Shown here in pieces: positions 35,779-46,565 of a stretch of DNA of 64,000 nucleotides. The number at the start of each line of letters is the position of its first letter. Within the stretch, counting starts at the first letter, position 1. The DNA is from an uncultured Saprospiraceae bacterium (lineage in GTDB: Bacteria; Bacteroidota; Bacteroidia; Chitinophagales; Saprospiraceae): contig CAYTNG010000008.1 in assembly GCA_964439105.1 (NCBI GenBank), forward strand, positions 73,481 to 137,480, in the 5' to 3' direction. Position numbers and translations under genes: made by a program. The notes under the pieces are model-generated. The model had not been told where the DNA came from. It worked only from the letters and a program-made list of their open reading frames with translations, and did not search any database.

Positions 35779-38700
35779 ATGAAATTAACCAAAACGGATA
35801 TCGTAGGATGGGTCGTGTTCATTCTGGTTTTTACCGTATACTTCTTCTCCCTCGAGAGATCGGGTAGTTTGTGGGATTGCGGTGAGTTTGTGGCAGGTGC
35901 CTATAAACTTCAGGTGGTTCACCCACCTGGAGCACCATTGTTTCTGCTGATAGGCAGGATGTTTACCTGGGTTGCGAGCCTTGTTTCTGATAACCCTGCG
36001 TATATCGCGTTTTCAGTGAATATCATGTCCGCAATTTGTTCTGCACTGGCTGCCATGTTTATTTGTTGGACCACATTGATCCTTGCCCGCTTGATAGAGG
36101 ATGGCCGGAATTATGAAAATAAGCATAATGAAAGCTGGACCATTCTTGGTACAGGATTAATCAGCGGATTGGCTGCAGGCTACATCACCACCACCTGGTT
36201 CTCAGCTGTGGAAGGGGAGGTCTATTCCATGTCCACAATGTTTACTGCAATGACCGTCTGGGCGGCCTTCAAATGGTACTATCTGGAAAATAGTCCTAAA
36301 AATGACAAGTGGCTCATATTTGCAATTTTCGCAACCGGTCTTTCCACGGGTGTGCACCTTTTGAGTTTGCTTTCATTTCCAACCATTGCGATGTTATACT
36401 ATTACAAGCGTTTTAAAAAACACAGTTTCCTTGGGATGCTTGTTGCCGCATTTGCAGGTGTTGTCGCCATCTTTTTATTTCAGAGTATCATCATCACCGG
36501 GATTCCCAATCTTTGGGAATTTTTCGAACTCCAAATGGTAAACGGCATGGGAATGCCTTTCCACAGTGGATTGGTGCCCACTTTGATCGTGATTACACTT
36601 GCAGCCTTTTATGGCTTGCGATATTTTAAAAATAAGGGAAATGACCTGATGCACAAAGTTGTTTTTACAATGCTACTGCTTGTCGTTTCCTATTCCACAG
36701 TTGGCGTTGTATTGATTCGTGCAAATGCAAAGCCACCTATCAATATGAACGATCCTTATGATGTCGTACGTCTGATACCTTATTTGAATCGAGAACAGTA
36801 CGGTGACCGAAGTTTGCTGAAGGGGCCGCATTTTGATGCAAGACCTGTGGATACAAAATCTGAAGATCGCTGGGGCCGTGTCGGAAAAGAGTACAAAGTG
36901 GTCGATCAGAAATACGATTACATTTTTAAAGAAAAGGATAAAATATTATTTCCGCGAATCAGCCACCAGGATCAGGGGAGACCCCAGCTATACCGCATGT
37001 GGATGCAATATCTGCAAGGTTCTAAAACGAAAGCGCCCAATATGGCTTTCAACTTGGAATTCATGTGGTCTTACCAGTTTGGCTGGATGTACTGGAGATA
37101 TTTTATGTGGAACTTTGTCGGACGTCAGAATGGCGAGCAGGGATTTTATCCATGGATAAATAAGGATGGTCATTGGTATTCCGGGTTAAAGGCTGTTGAC
37201 GGATCGAGATTATACAACCAGGACCGTCTGCCAAGGGTGATCAAAGAAGACCAGTCGCGGAATTCCTACTATTTTATTCCTTTGATATTTGGATTGCTTG
37301 GTGTGGTTTACCATTTCAGAAAAAACAGAAATGACTTTTTTAGTTTACTCTGTTTTTTCATTCTGACCGGAATTGCACTTTGCGTATTTAATAATTCACC
37401 GCCCAACGAACCCAGGGAACGCGATTATGTGCTGGAAGGATCATTTTTAACATTTTGCATCTGGATTGGACTGGGTGTACTCTTCATCGCTCATTTTCTG
37501 CAGGACCGTTTCAAGCTGGCCGATCCTTTATCCGGCATTGGTGCAACGGTTCTTGGCTTGTCAGTTCCATTTTTACTGGTTACTCAGAATTTTGATGACC
37601 ACAGTCGCATGCGCAGTACGGCAGCGCGTGATTATGCTTCCAATATTTTGCAGTCGTGTCAGCCCAATGCAATCTTGTTTACCTATGGGGACAATGATAC
37701 GTATCCGGTTTGGTATGCTCAGGAGGTCGAAGGAATACGGCGGGATGTAAGAGTCATAAACTTAAGCCTGATTGCAGTGGACTGGTATATTGAAAACCAG
37801 AGGAGGACATTCAACGAATCTCCCTTGGTAAAGCTTTCCATACCACAGGAAAAACTTCGCGGAAGCCTAAGAAATCAGGTGTTTTACTATAATCCTTCAA
37901 ATCAGGATGGAAAAAACCAGGATCCGCCGATGAGTGCGAATGACTATTTGAAATTCATTGCAGAAGACCATCCGATTGAATCCGGAACGGGTCGCACATT
38001 TGAGACGTTTGCACCAAGCAATAATGTGTATATACCCATCGATCGCGAGAAAGCCATTAAGGCTGGATTGCTTTCACCGGATGACAGCAGTTTTGTGGAT
38101 CGCATACCTGTGGGTATTGGTGGGGCCTATATTACCAAAGACGATTTGGCGGTGCTGGATATCATTAATTCCAATCTTTACGAACGACCGATTTATTTCT
38201 CAGTGACATGCAGTTCTGAAAAACTTCTTGGCCTGCAGGATTACATGGCTTTGGAAGGTATGGCTTTGCGGATTGTTCCGACAAAAACGCCAAGTGATCA
38301 AAGTTTGTATATCTATGGTTCCGGTAAAGTGGATCTGGATAAAAGTTATGATGCCATTATGAATAAATTCCATTGGGGCAATTTTGATACCTACAAGCAA
38401 TTTGTAGATCATAGTTACGCACCAAGTATTCAGGCAATGCGAATGGTCATTATGCGGACGGCAATGGGTCTTATGGCGAAGGGGGATAAGGAGCGTGCTG
38501 CCAAACTGGCTAACAAATTTTTCGAAGCATTTCCGAATATGAATTTCCAGTATGATGTGCGAATCATGCCATTTATTGAAGTTTTAATTGATGCGGGGGA
38601 TATGGAATCCGCGAAGAAACATTTGAGAATACTGGCTGAGGAAACTTTGGATATGCTCGAATTTTATGACAGCCTGAGCCCGGACCAAATGGAAAAAGGA

Positions 38701-38844
38701 TTTTCACAAGACAGAAGTCTGTCTTTGTCTGCAGTGCGCGAGATACTGGAGCGAAGCAAGCTTGTCAAAGATCCGCAATTTGAAACGGAATTGTCAGGTA
38801 TGTTGAATAAATACAATGCGGCGACTCCTAAACTGATCAATTAA
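35779..38844 (+). CDS. DUF2723 domain membrane protein (glycosyltransferase family 117-like)
   Basis: 1021 aa. N-terminal SGSLWDCGEFVAGAYKLQVVHPPGAPLFLL, a polytopic N-half and a large soluble C-half with a TPR-like end. Confidence 0.75.
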   Translation: MKLTKTDIVGWVVFILVFTVYFFSLERSGSLWDCGEFVAGAYKLQVVHPPGAPLFLLIGRMFTWVASLVSDNPAYIAFSVNIMSAICSALAAMFICWTTLILARLIEDGRNYENKHNESWTILGTGLISGLAAGYITTTWFSAVEGEVYSMSTMFTAMTVWAAFKWYYLENSPKNDKWLIFAIFATGLSTGVHLLSLLSFPTIAMLYYYKRFKKHSFLGMLVAAFAGVVAIFLFQSIIITGIPNLWEFFELQMVNGMGMPFHSGLVPTLIVITLAAFYGLRYFKNKGNDLMHKVVFTMLLLVVSYSTVGVVLIRANAKPPINMNDPYDVVRLIPYLNREQYGDRSLLKGPHFDARPVDTKSEDRWGRVGKEYKVVDQKYDYIFKEKDKILFPRISHQDQGRPQLYRMWMQYLQGSKTKAPNMAFNLEFMWSYQFGWMYWRYFMWNFVGRQNGEQGFYPWINKDGHWYSGLKAVDGSRLYNQDRLPRVIKEDQSRNSYYFIPLIFGLLGVVYHFRKNRNDFFSLLCFFILTGIALCVFNNSPPNEPRERDYVLEGSFLTFCIWIGLGVLFIAHFLQDRFKLADPLSGIGATVLGLSVPFLLVTQNFDDHSRMRSTAARDYASNILQSCQPNAILFTYGDNDTYPVWYAQEVEGIRRDVRVINLSLIAVDWYIENQRRTFNESPLVKLSIPQEKLRGSLRNQVFYYNPSNQDGKNQDPPMSANDYLKFIAEDHPIESGTGRTFETFAPSNNVYIPIDREKAIKAGLLSPDDSSFVDRIPVGIGGAYITKDDLAVLDIINSNLYERPIYFSVTCSSEKLLGLQDYMALEGMALRIVPTKTPSDQSLYIYGSGKVDLDKSYDAIMNKFHWGNFDTYKQFVDHSYAPSIQAMRMVIMRTAMGLMAKGDKERAAKLANKFFEAFPNMNFQYDVRIMPFIEVLIDAGDMESAKKHLRILAEETLDMLEFYDSLSPDQMEKGFSQDRSLSLSAVREILERSKLVKDPQFETELSGMLNKYNAATPKLIN

Positions 38845-38854
38845 TCTTTGTGAA

Positions 38855-39283
38855 ATGAAAATTAGCATAGGTTGTGATCATGCCGGATATGAATACAAGC
38901 AGCAAATTTGTCTTTGGCTTGAAAAGCATGGTATGAAAGTTACGGATCATGGGACATTTAGTCCGGACTCCGTTGATTATCCCGATTTTGTACATCCTGT
39001 GGGTTCAGATATTGACAATTCACGCGTCGATTATGGAATCGTGATATGTGGAAGTGGAAATGGGGCTGCCATTACGGCTAACAAACATTTGTCTGTACGT
39101 TGTGCATTGTGCTGGAATGAAGAACTTGCAAAACTTGCCCGCATGCATAACAATGCCAATGTAATCAGTATTCCGGCAAGATTTGTTTCAATCGAAATCG
39201 CCATTGAAATGATCCGTTCATTTTTAAATACGCCATTTGAAGGAGGAAGACACCAAAGGCGTGTGGAAAAAATCTCATGCTGA
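38855..39283 (+). CDS. rpiB: ribose 5-phosphate isomerase B
   Basis: MKISIGCDHAGYEYK..., CGSGNGAAITANK and NANVISIPARF. Confidence 0.9.
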   Translation: MKISIGCDHAGYEYKQQICLWLEKHGMKVTDHGTFSPDSVDYPDFVHPVGSDIDNSRVDYGIVICGSGNGAAITANKHLSVRCALCWNEELAKLARMHNNANVISIPARFVSIEIAIEMIRSFLNTPFEGGRHQRRVEKISC

Positions 39284-40929
39284 ACCGGATTCGAGGAACG
39301 GAGCCCGGAAAAAATTCCTCGTATCGGAATTTTATTTTTGCAGGATGGCTTTGCCTGATCCCTCTTCTTGGGCATAGCCAGAAAGATTTTTTCAGCGCGG
39401 TGGTGAAGCCGGATACCAATTGGCAGCCGGTACATGATAGTGCATGGGAGTATGCACAATGGATTACGCCATCCAGAATAAGAGAGCACATCCAATTTTT
39501 AGCTTCTGATAGCTGCGAAGGCAGGGAATTGGGCACTCGGGGGAATGATCGTGCAGGAAATTACATTGCGGATTATTTTTCCAGCTGTGGGCTAAAGCCA
39601 GCAGGAGACGATCAGAGTTATTTTCAGCATGTTGCCATTAAATGGATGTATTGGGATAAACTCGTTTTTAAAATCAACGGAGTCACCTACAAACAACTTT
39701 GGGATTACCTCGCAATACCCTCTGAAAATGGCGATCTCGAATTAACAAGCCCTGATGTACTGTTCCTGGGCTATGGAATTGATGATCCGATGTACAGCGA
39801 TTATGAAGGTGTGAATGTCCGCGGGAAAACAATACTTATCTATAAAGGTGAACCTAAATCAAAATCCGGCAATTCTTATTTGACCGGTCGTCCCATTCCT
39901 TCAACATGGTCTACGGATCTTGAACGCAAGATTGAAGCAGCACGTAAACATGGAGTGCGTATGGTTCTTATCATTGAAGATCATTTCAAGGAATGGGTGG
40001 AACAAAATCGTTCCGCTGTCCTCTCACCTCAGGTTTTTTTGGAGCGGAAAAAAAAGGATTCCATTGAAGTCAACCGGATGTATTTGTCTTCAACGACAAC
40101 TTCAATGCTTTTGGGAAAGCAACTAAAAAAAGTAATCAAAGCAAGGGATAAAATCAACAAGTCAGGTAAGCCACAGCGGGTATTGATCGAAACTCCGATT
40201 GAGTTGGTTCAGATGCGAAAGATTCGATCTGAAAATGGCAGAAATGTGGTAGCTCTGATTCAAGGGCAGGACACGAGTGAAGAAGCTGTTATTGTTTCTG
40301 CACATTACGATCATATTGGCATGCGCGGAAAAGATGTGTTCAACGGAGCAGATGACAATGCTTCAGGTACCTCAAGCCTGATGGAAATAGCCTGCACTTT
40401 TCAGGAACTCAGAAAAAAAGGAGTTGTACCGCGTCGATCTGTTTTATTTATATTGATGACGGGTGAAGAAAAGGGATTATTGGGTTCGATGTTTTATGTT
40501 CATAACCCTATTCTTCCACTTGAACGCACCATGGTGGATATCAATGTGGACATGATCGGAAGGACGGATGACCAATATAAAACGGATAGCAATTACATCT
40601 ATGTTATTGGATCAGACAGGCTCAGTGCAGATTTGCATGAGATCAATCTTCAGATCAATCAAAAATATACCGGGGTAAAAATGGATCATCGCTTTAACAG
40701 TGAAGCGGATCCCAATCGTTTCTATTATCGCTCGGACCACTACAATTTTGCAGAAAAAGGCATTCCCGCAATTTTTTTCTTTAGCGGAGTTCATGAAGAT
40801 TACCATCGCATCACAGATGACGTTGAAAAAATCATGTTCGGTAAAACTGCACACATCGCCAGGCATATCTTCCTTTTGACATGGGAACTTGCTAACCTCC
40901 CCCAGGCGATCAGGAGAAATAACCCATGA
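39277..40929 (+). CDS. M28 family metallopeptidase (secreted aminopeptidase-like)
   Basis: Signal peptide; SAHYDHIG, GADDNASGTS, TGEEKGLLGS, and SDHYNF/HEDYH zinc-ligand motifs. It overlaps rpiB by 7 nt. Confidence 0.85.
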   Translation: MLNRIRGTEPGKNSSYRNFIFAGWLCLIPLLGHSQKDFFSAVVKPDTNWQPVHDSAWEYAQWITPSRIREHIQFLASDSCEGRELGTRGNDRAGNYIADYFSSCGLKPAGDDQSYFQHVAIKWMYWDKLVFKINGVTYKQLWDYLAIPSENGDLELTSPDVLFLGYGIDDPMYSDYEGVNVRGKTILIYKGEPKSKSGNSYLTGRPIPSTWSTDLERKIEAARKHGVRMVLIIEDHFKEWVEQNRSAVLSPQVFLERKKKDSIEVNRMYLSSTTTSMLLGKQLKKVIKARDKINKSGKPQRVLIETPIELVQMRKIRSENGRNVVALIQGQDTSEEAVIVSAHYDHIGMRGKDVFNGADDNASGTSSLMEIACTFQELRKKGVVPRRSVLFILMTGEEKGLLGSMFYVHNPILPLERTMVDINVDMIGRTDDQYKTDSNYIYVIGSDRLSADLHEINLQINQKYTGVKMDHRFNSEADPNRFYYRSDHYNFAEKGIPAIFFFSGVHEDYHRITDDVEKIMFGKTAHIARHIFLLTWELANLPQAIRRNNP

Positions 40930-41105
40930 TCGGGGCATTCTGTTTTTCAGAATAAAATTCTTCTCTGTCTTAATTTGTGCTAATATTTCAAAATTACATA
41001 TTGTCATTTCAGATCATTTGAATATTATATCTGCTCGAAAGGCGTATTTATCCAAATCCGAGTATATTTAGGCGCAGAATTCAAACGAACTAAATCAAAC
41101 AAAGC

Positions 41106-42599
41106 ATGAATCAACAGACCGGACATCCTAAGGGATTATATATTTTGTTTTTTACGGAGATGTGGGAGCGCTTCAGCTATTATGGAATGCGCGCCATCCT
41201 GGTTCTATTTCTTACCAAGCAGCTCATGATGGATAAGGCTTTTTCTTCCGAATTGTATGGAAGTTTTACGGGTCTTGTTTATCTGACACCCATCATAGGA
41301 GGATACATGGCAGATCGGTATTGGGGCAATCGCAAATCGATCATTGTTGGAGGATTTATGATGGCTGTGGGCCAATTCATGCTGTTTGGAAGTGGCATGT
41401 TGTCAAGCACCCTATTGTCTTATGCTGCTTTGGGTGTGCTGGTATTTGGCAATGGTTTTTTTAAACCGAATATCTCCACGATGGTAGGACAATTGTATCC
41501 GGACAACGACCGGAGGCTGGACAGCGCCTATACTATTTTTTACATGGGTATCAACCTGGGTGCATTCATTGCGCCTCTTGTCTGCGGTTGGCTGGGAGAG
41601 AATATTGCATTCAAGTGGGGATTTTTTGCAGCCGGCGTTGGAATGTTGATCAGCACACTTTCTTTTATTTGGCTGAAAAACACCTATTTGGTATCACCTG
41701 AAGGGCGTCAGATCGGAGTGGAACCAAACAAGTCGCGGTTGAAAGATGGGGAATCGCAGACGCAGTCAAAAATGGACAACAGACAGATTGGAATGATCAG
41801 TATTGGAACACTGGCACTATTTTTACTTTTCAACTATGTGCTTGGATTTGATATTTTTGGCGCCATCATTTTTGCATTTGCTATCAGCATTCCAATGACG
41901 ATCATTTTTGATAGCTCTCTTAATCAAGTCGAAAAGGAGCGCATATGGGTCATTTTTATTGCAGCATTCTTTGTAATCTTCTTTTGGGCAGCATTTGAAC
42001 AAGCGGGTGCTTCGCTGACCTTTTTTGCCGATGAACAGACGGATCGGGTAATATTCGGATGGGAAATGCCTGCAAGTTGGTTTCAGAGTTTCAATGCGGC
42101 CTTTATCGTCATATTTGCTCCTGTATTTTCTGCTTTCTGGTTAAAAATGGGTGACCGTCAGCCCTCTTCACCTAAAAAACAAGCCATTGGTCTTGCATTG
42201 CTTGCAATAGGCTACCTGTACATTGCTTTTGGTGTAAATGGAGTTGAAGGCGGTACCAAGGTGAGCATGATTTGGTTGACCGGACTTTATCTGCTTCATA
42301 CATTCGGTGAGCTTTGCCTTTCACCAATAGGTTTGTCAATGGTCAATAAGCTGGCTCCTGCGCGTCTTGCATCATTGCTTATGGGCGTTTGGTTTCTCGC
42401 GAATGCAACAGCAAACAAATTTGCAGGGATGCTCTCCGCCTTATATCCGGAAACAGGCAAACCGACCAATTTTATCGGCTACGCCATGACGAATACCTAC
42501 GATTTCTTCTTGTTGTTTGTCGTGATGGCAGGTATCGCTTCCATTATTTTATTCCTGCTTAGCAAACGTTTGGAAAAATTAATGCATGGTATCAAATAA
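41106..42599 (+). CDS. POT/PTR2 family di-/tripeptide:proton symporter
   Basis: GHPKGLYILFFTEMWERFSYYGMRAILVLFL (PTR2 signature 1), FKPNISTMVGQLY, and about 14 TM segments. Confidence 0.9.
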   Translation: MNQQTGHPKGLYILFFTEMWERFSYYGMRAILVLFLTKQLMMDKAFSSELYGSFTGLVYLTPIIGGYMADRYWGNRKSIIVGGFMMAVGQFMLFGSGMLSSTLLSYAALGVLVFGNGFFKPNISTMVGQLYPDNDRRLDSAYTIFYMGINLGAFIAPLVCGWLGENIAFKWGFFAAGVGMLISTLSFIWLKNTYLVSPEGRQIGVEPNKSRLKDGESQTQSKMDNRQIGMISIGTLALFLLFNYVLGFDIFGAIIFAFAISIPMTIIFDSSLNQVEKERIWVIFIAAFFVIFFWAAFEQAGASLTFFADEQTDRVIFGWEMPASWFQSFNAAFIVIFAPVFSAFWLKMGDRQPSSPKKQAIGLALLAIGYLYIAFGVNGVEGGTKVSMIWLTGLYLLHTFGELCLSPIGLSMVNKLAPARLASLLMGVWFLANATANKFAGMLSALYPETGKPTNFIGYAMTNTYDFFLLFVVMAGIASIILFLLSKRLEKLMHGIK

Positions 42600-42764
42600 T
42601 GATGAGGGCTTTTCTTCAGCTTCCGATTGATATACTGATTATTTTTTTCCTGTCATGAGAAAATGATATTTATTGAATACATCCGAAAATGTCTGTAAAC
42701 GTCTTTCTTAAACAAACAACAGGACTTTATTTGTATTGGAAAACCAAAGAATTTAAGAGTATAA

Positions 42765-42785
42765 AAACAAACGAACATTCATTAG
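42765..42785 (+). repeat. copy 3 of 21-nt motif (aaacaaacgaacattcattag)
   Basis: 18/21 identical to copy 2. It ends 18 nt upstream of the OPT transporter ATG. A partial core CAAACGAAC also occurs at 41082-41090, 15 nt upstream of the POT transporter ATG. Confidence 0.5.
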
Positions 42786-42803
42786 CTTTTATAAGAAACA
42801 AGT

Positions 42804-44825
42804 ATGGAAAATAAAATTGAAAAAACGTTCAAACCATTTGTAGATTCCTCCGTGAGTATGGCTGAATTTTCTGTCAAAGCCATCTTGTTAGGTGTTTTCT
42901 TTGGAATTCTATTTGGTGCTGCAACGGTCTACCTTGCATTAAAGGCCGGATTGACTGTTTCTGCTTCTATTCCTATAGCTGTATTGGCCATCTCCCTGGG
43001 GAGAAAATTTTTCAACACCACAATACTTGAAAACAACATTATCCAGACCACAGGTTCAGCCGGAGAGTCGATCGCTGCCGGCGTTGTATTTACCTTGCCT
43101 GGATTTTTGTTTTTATCAGCTGAAAGCGACGGCGTTTCTTCATTCAACTACTGGACCATTTTTACCCTGGCTGTGTTGGGTGGAATCTTAGGAACGCTCA
43201 TGATGATTCCACTTCGCCGCTCCCTCATCGTAAAAGAGCATGAGACCTTGCCTTATCCTGAAGGGACAGCATGCGCCAGCGTTCTTGTTGCCGGAGAAAA
43301 AGGTGGAGATTTTGCTAAAACAGCTTATCTCGGTTTGGGTATTTCGATCGTCTATGCCATGCTTCAAAAGGTATTCCATCTGATAGCAGAGGTTCCAAGC
43401 TATGTGACCAGCCTGAGCAATAAATTTTGGCCTGCGGGTCGCATAAATGGTGAAATCACACCGGAATATTTAGGGGTGGGATACATCATTGGGCCAAGGA
43501 TTGCAGGTGTTCTCGTTGCGGGTGGTATCCTGAGTTCATTCGTGCTGATACCTCTGTTGGCAACCCTGGTACCTGGTGATGTAATTTATCAGCAGGCACT
43601 TAAGTTGGGATTTAATCCAAGCCGTTTTGGATGGGATGAATCGACCCACACATTCACAAATAGTGCGGAAGCTATATATCGCTGTTACATACGTCAAATA
43701 GGTGCCGGAGCGGTCGCTGCCGGTGGTTTTATCACACTCCTGAAGACGATACCCACGATCGTTAGTTCGTTTAAAGAATCAATTGGTTCCGTGAAAGTTG
43801 AAAAGCAAAGCGAAATCGCAAGAACGGAACGCGATTTAAATATCAAGGTAGTTCTGTACGGAAGTTTGGGATTGATACTTTTAGTGGCTTTGTTGCCTAT
43901 CATACCTGGTCAGGGTATCTTTTCAAAGCTTCTTGTTGGCTTACTTGTGGTCATTTTTGGTGCTTTTTTTGTTACGGTATCTTCCCGGATTGTGGGGATC
44001 ATAGGATCGTCCAACAACCCTATCTCAGGAATGACGATCGCCACAATTATGGCGACCTGCCTGGTATTTATCGGTGTGGGTTGGACTGGAAAACTTTATG
44101 AGCCGATGGCTCTGGTCGTGGGTGGCATGATCTGCATCGCGGCAGCAAACGCCGGTGCTACGTCACAGGATCTGAAAACAGGTTATATAGTGGGAGCTAC
44201 GCCCCGCTATCAACAACTTGCTTTATTTATAGGTGCGGTTTTTTCCTCCATCGTAATCGGGTGGACCGTGAAGCTTCTTGATACGCCGGATTCATCAATG
44301 GTAGCTCAGGGGATACAACATGCAATCGGTGAGAAATACAACGCACCTCAAGCAACGCTGATGGCCACGCTGATCAAAGGCATTTTGTCCTTCAACCTCG
44401 ACTGGCAGTTTGTTATAGCCGGGGTATTTCTGGCAATAGTCATGGAATTATGCGGCATTAAAGCGCTTTCTTTCGCAGTAGGAGCCTATTTACCTTTGGC
44501 AACGACACTTCCCATTTTTATTGGTGGTGCCATGAAAGGTGCAGTTGACTGGACTATCCGCAGAAAAAACAAAAACAAAGAGGATGAAGAACTCGGAAAG
44601 GGCGCTTTGTTTGCAACGGGTCTGGTCGCAGGTGGAGCATTGTCCGGAGTTATAGTTGCCCTCCTTAATGTCAACGAAGGATTTGCAAACAAACTTGCCG
44701 GAATCTCTTTGGAACATGGAATCAGCAGTGCTTTTGGGGAAGGTTTCTATCAAATTCTCGGCGTGTTGTTTTTCGCGGCTCTGGCGTATATATTATACTG
44801 GATTGCGACGAGAGAGGAAGCCTAA
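42804..44825 (+). CDS. OPT family oligopeptide transporter
   Basis: 673 aa, polytopic, with TGSAGESIAAGVVFTLPGF and NPISGMTIAT motifs typical of bacterial OPT proteins. Confidence 0.88.
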   Translation: MENKIEKTFKPFVDSSVSMAEFSVKAILLGVFFGILFGAATVYLALKAGLTVSASIPIAVLAISLGRKFFNTTILENNIIQTTGSAGESIAAGVVFTLPGFLFLSAESDGVSSFNYWTIFTLAVLGGILGTLMMIPLRRSLIVKEHETLPYPEGTACASVLVAGEKGGDFAKTAYLGLGISIVYAMLQKVFHLIAEVPSYVTSLSNKFWPAGRINGEITPEYLGVGYIIGPRIAGVLVAGGILSSFVLIPLLATLVPGDVIYQQALKLGFNPSRFGWDESTHTFTNSAEAIYRCYIRQIGAGAVAAGGFITLLKTIPTIVSSFKESIGSVKVEKQSEIARTERDLNIKVVLYGSLGLILLVALLPIIPGQGIFSKLLVGLLVVIFGAFFVTVSSRIVGIIGSSNNPISGMTIATIMATCLVFIGVGWTGKLYEPMALVVGGMICIAAANAGATSQDLKTGYIVGATPRYQQLALFIGAVFSSIVIGWTVKLLDTPDSSMVAQGIQHAIGEKYNAPQATLMATLIKGILSFNLDWQFVIAGVFLAIVMELCGIKALSFAVGAYLPLATTLPIFIGGAMKGAVDWTIRRKNKNKEDEELGKGALFATGLVAGGALSGVIVALLNVNEGFANKLAGISLEHGISSAFGEGFYQILGVLFFAALAYILYWIATREEA

Positions 44826-44919
44826 AATATTTTTTCGGGCTTTGCGTTTTTTTGAAGCAACAAGTGCGAATTTTCTTCGCATTGCATGCGAATTAATGGT
44901 ATCAACATAAAATCTGTTT

Positions 44920-45561
44920 ATGAAAGCAATTTACAAATACGCGTTCGTTGGCTTATTGCTTACGCTCTATTCCTGTGGTCCGACCATCTATCTTTCACCT
45001 GATTTCGACCAGGTCAGCTCAAAGCATAAATCCATAGCCATTCTGCCTTTTGATGTGCAGATTACAAGTCATAGCCTCCCAAAGGACATGACTGCCGAAA
45101 AAGTGAAAATGGAGGAAGAAAAAACGGGTTATGCCATACAGGGTCATTCCTATACCTACTTCCTCAAAGAAATGTCAAAAAAGAAATATTCAATACGATT
45201 TCAAGATATTGATAAAACGAACAGCTTGCTAAAAAAAGCGGGCCTGGATTACGATCAACTGAAAGCAAGCTCAAAAGAAGAACTTTGCCGCATCCTTGAT
45301 GTCGATGTTGTACTTTCCGGAAAGGCTACCATGGATAAGCCCATGTCAGACGGAGGAGCCATCGCTGTGGGTGTATTGTTTGGTGTCTGGACTTCTACAA
45401 ATAAAGTCAACACAAGTTTGACAATACACGAAGCAAAAAAAGGGGACTTGTTATGGAAATACGACTGGACGGCAGAGGGTAGTGTTGGCAGCAATAGCGA
45501 GAGTCTAACCAAAGGCTTGATGAAAAATGCTTCGAAAAAATTTCCCTATCAGAAAAAGTAA
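44920..45561 (+). CDS. putative lipoprotein, unknown function
   Basis: Lipobox LTLYSCGP, then a SIAILPFDV strand and a soluble domain. Convergent with the MoxR gene, 19 nt apart. Confidence 0.5.
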   Translation: MKAIYKYAFVGLLLTLYSCGPTIYLSPDFDQVSSKHKSIAILPFDVQITSHSLPKDMTAEKVKMEEEKTGYAIQGHSYTYFLKEMSKKKYSIRFQDIDKTNSLLKKAGLDYDQLKASSKEELCRILDVDVVLSGKATMDKPMSDGGAIAVGVLFGVWTSTNKVNTSLTIHEAKKGDLLWKYDWTAEGSVGSNSESLTKGLMKNASKKFPYQKK

Positions 45562-45580
45562 AAAACAAGGGGACTGTGTC

Positions 45581-46543
45581 CTACAAAAGGGTTCTGATGA
45601 ACTCGTCAATTTTAAGTCCGTCTGCTTCTGCCTTGTAATTCAGTACAATCCGGTGCCTCAGTACAAGACCTGCAATGGCCTGCACATCCTCAATATCCGG
45701 TGAATATTTGCCGCTGAGGGCTGCATGGCATTTTGCGCCGAGAACGAGATACTGGGATGCCCTCGGGCCAGCGCCCCAACTTACGTATTGCTGGACTTCT
45801 TTGAGTCCATTTACATTGTTAGGTCTGGTGCGGGAAACCAGGGATACCGCATATTCAAGCACATTGTCCGCAAGAGGGATCTTCTTTACCAGCCTTTGGT
45901 ATTCGACAATTTCGCTTGCCGTGACGACATTGCGGACTTCTGTCTGGTAATCTGAAGTAGTTTGCTTTACCACGCGAAGTTCTTCTTCATAGCTTGGGTA
46001 GTCCAATAATATGTTGAACATGAATCGGTCCAACTGAGCTTCGGGCAAGGGATATGTTCCTTCCTGTTCGATGGGGTTTTGTGTGGCAAGCACAAAAAAG
46101 GGAGAGGGCAGGCTGTGCTTTACGCCACTTACCGTAATGTTTCGTTCCTGCATTGCTTCCAGCAAAGCAGATTGCGTTTTAGGGGGTGTGCGGTTGATTT
46201 CATCTGCGAGTACAATATTGGCGAATAAGGGGCCGCGGTTGAACTTAAACTTTCGATCCTCATCCAGCACTTCAGAACCTGTTATATCTGAAGGCATCAG
46301 ATCGGGTGTGAACTGGATTCTTTTAAAACTTAAATCCAAGGCCTCGGAAATCGTATTGATTAACAAGGTTTTAGCAAGCCCAGGCACCCCAACGAGTAAA
46401 CTATGGCCGTTGCTGAATAAAGAAATCAGGGTCGCTTTAATGACCTCATCCTGTCCGACGATGATTTTCCCGATTTCAGATTTAAGAGCTTGGTAAGATC
46501 TTGAAAGTGCATCTATTCCTTCGACGTCTGATTTAAATTGCAT
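45581..46543 (-). CDS. MoxR-family AAA+ ATPase
   Basis: Walker A LLVGVPGLAKT, Walker B/sensor ADEINRTPPKTQSALLEAMQER, ATQNPIEQEGTYPLPEAQLDRF. The TAAATTTG box (rc of 46566-46573) lies 23 nt upstream. Confidence 0.9.
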   Translation of the reverse strand: MQFKSDVEGIDALSRSYQALKSEIGKIIVGQDEVIKATLISLFSNGHSLLVGVPGLAKTLLINTISEALDLSFKRIQFTPDLMPSDITGSEVLDEDRKFKFNRGPLFANIVLADEINRTPPKTQSALLEAMQERNITVSGVKHSLPSPFFVLATQNPIEQEGTYPLPEAQLDRFMFNILLDYPSYEEELRVVKQTTSDYQTEVRNVVTASEIVEYQRLVKKIPLADNVLEYAVSLVSRTRPNNVNGLKEVQQYVSWGAGPRASQYLVLGAKCHAALSGKYSPDIEDVQAIAGLVLRHRIVLNYKAEADGLKIDEFIRTLL

Positions 46544-46565
46544 AGAATGTTGATTTAAAGCGGGG

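Noticed and set aside
39031-39536. Antisense ORFs (154 aa and 123 aa) spanning the rpiB / M28 junction
   Set aside because: Both sense genes have clear catalytic motifs and a signal peptide. The antisense products look random.
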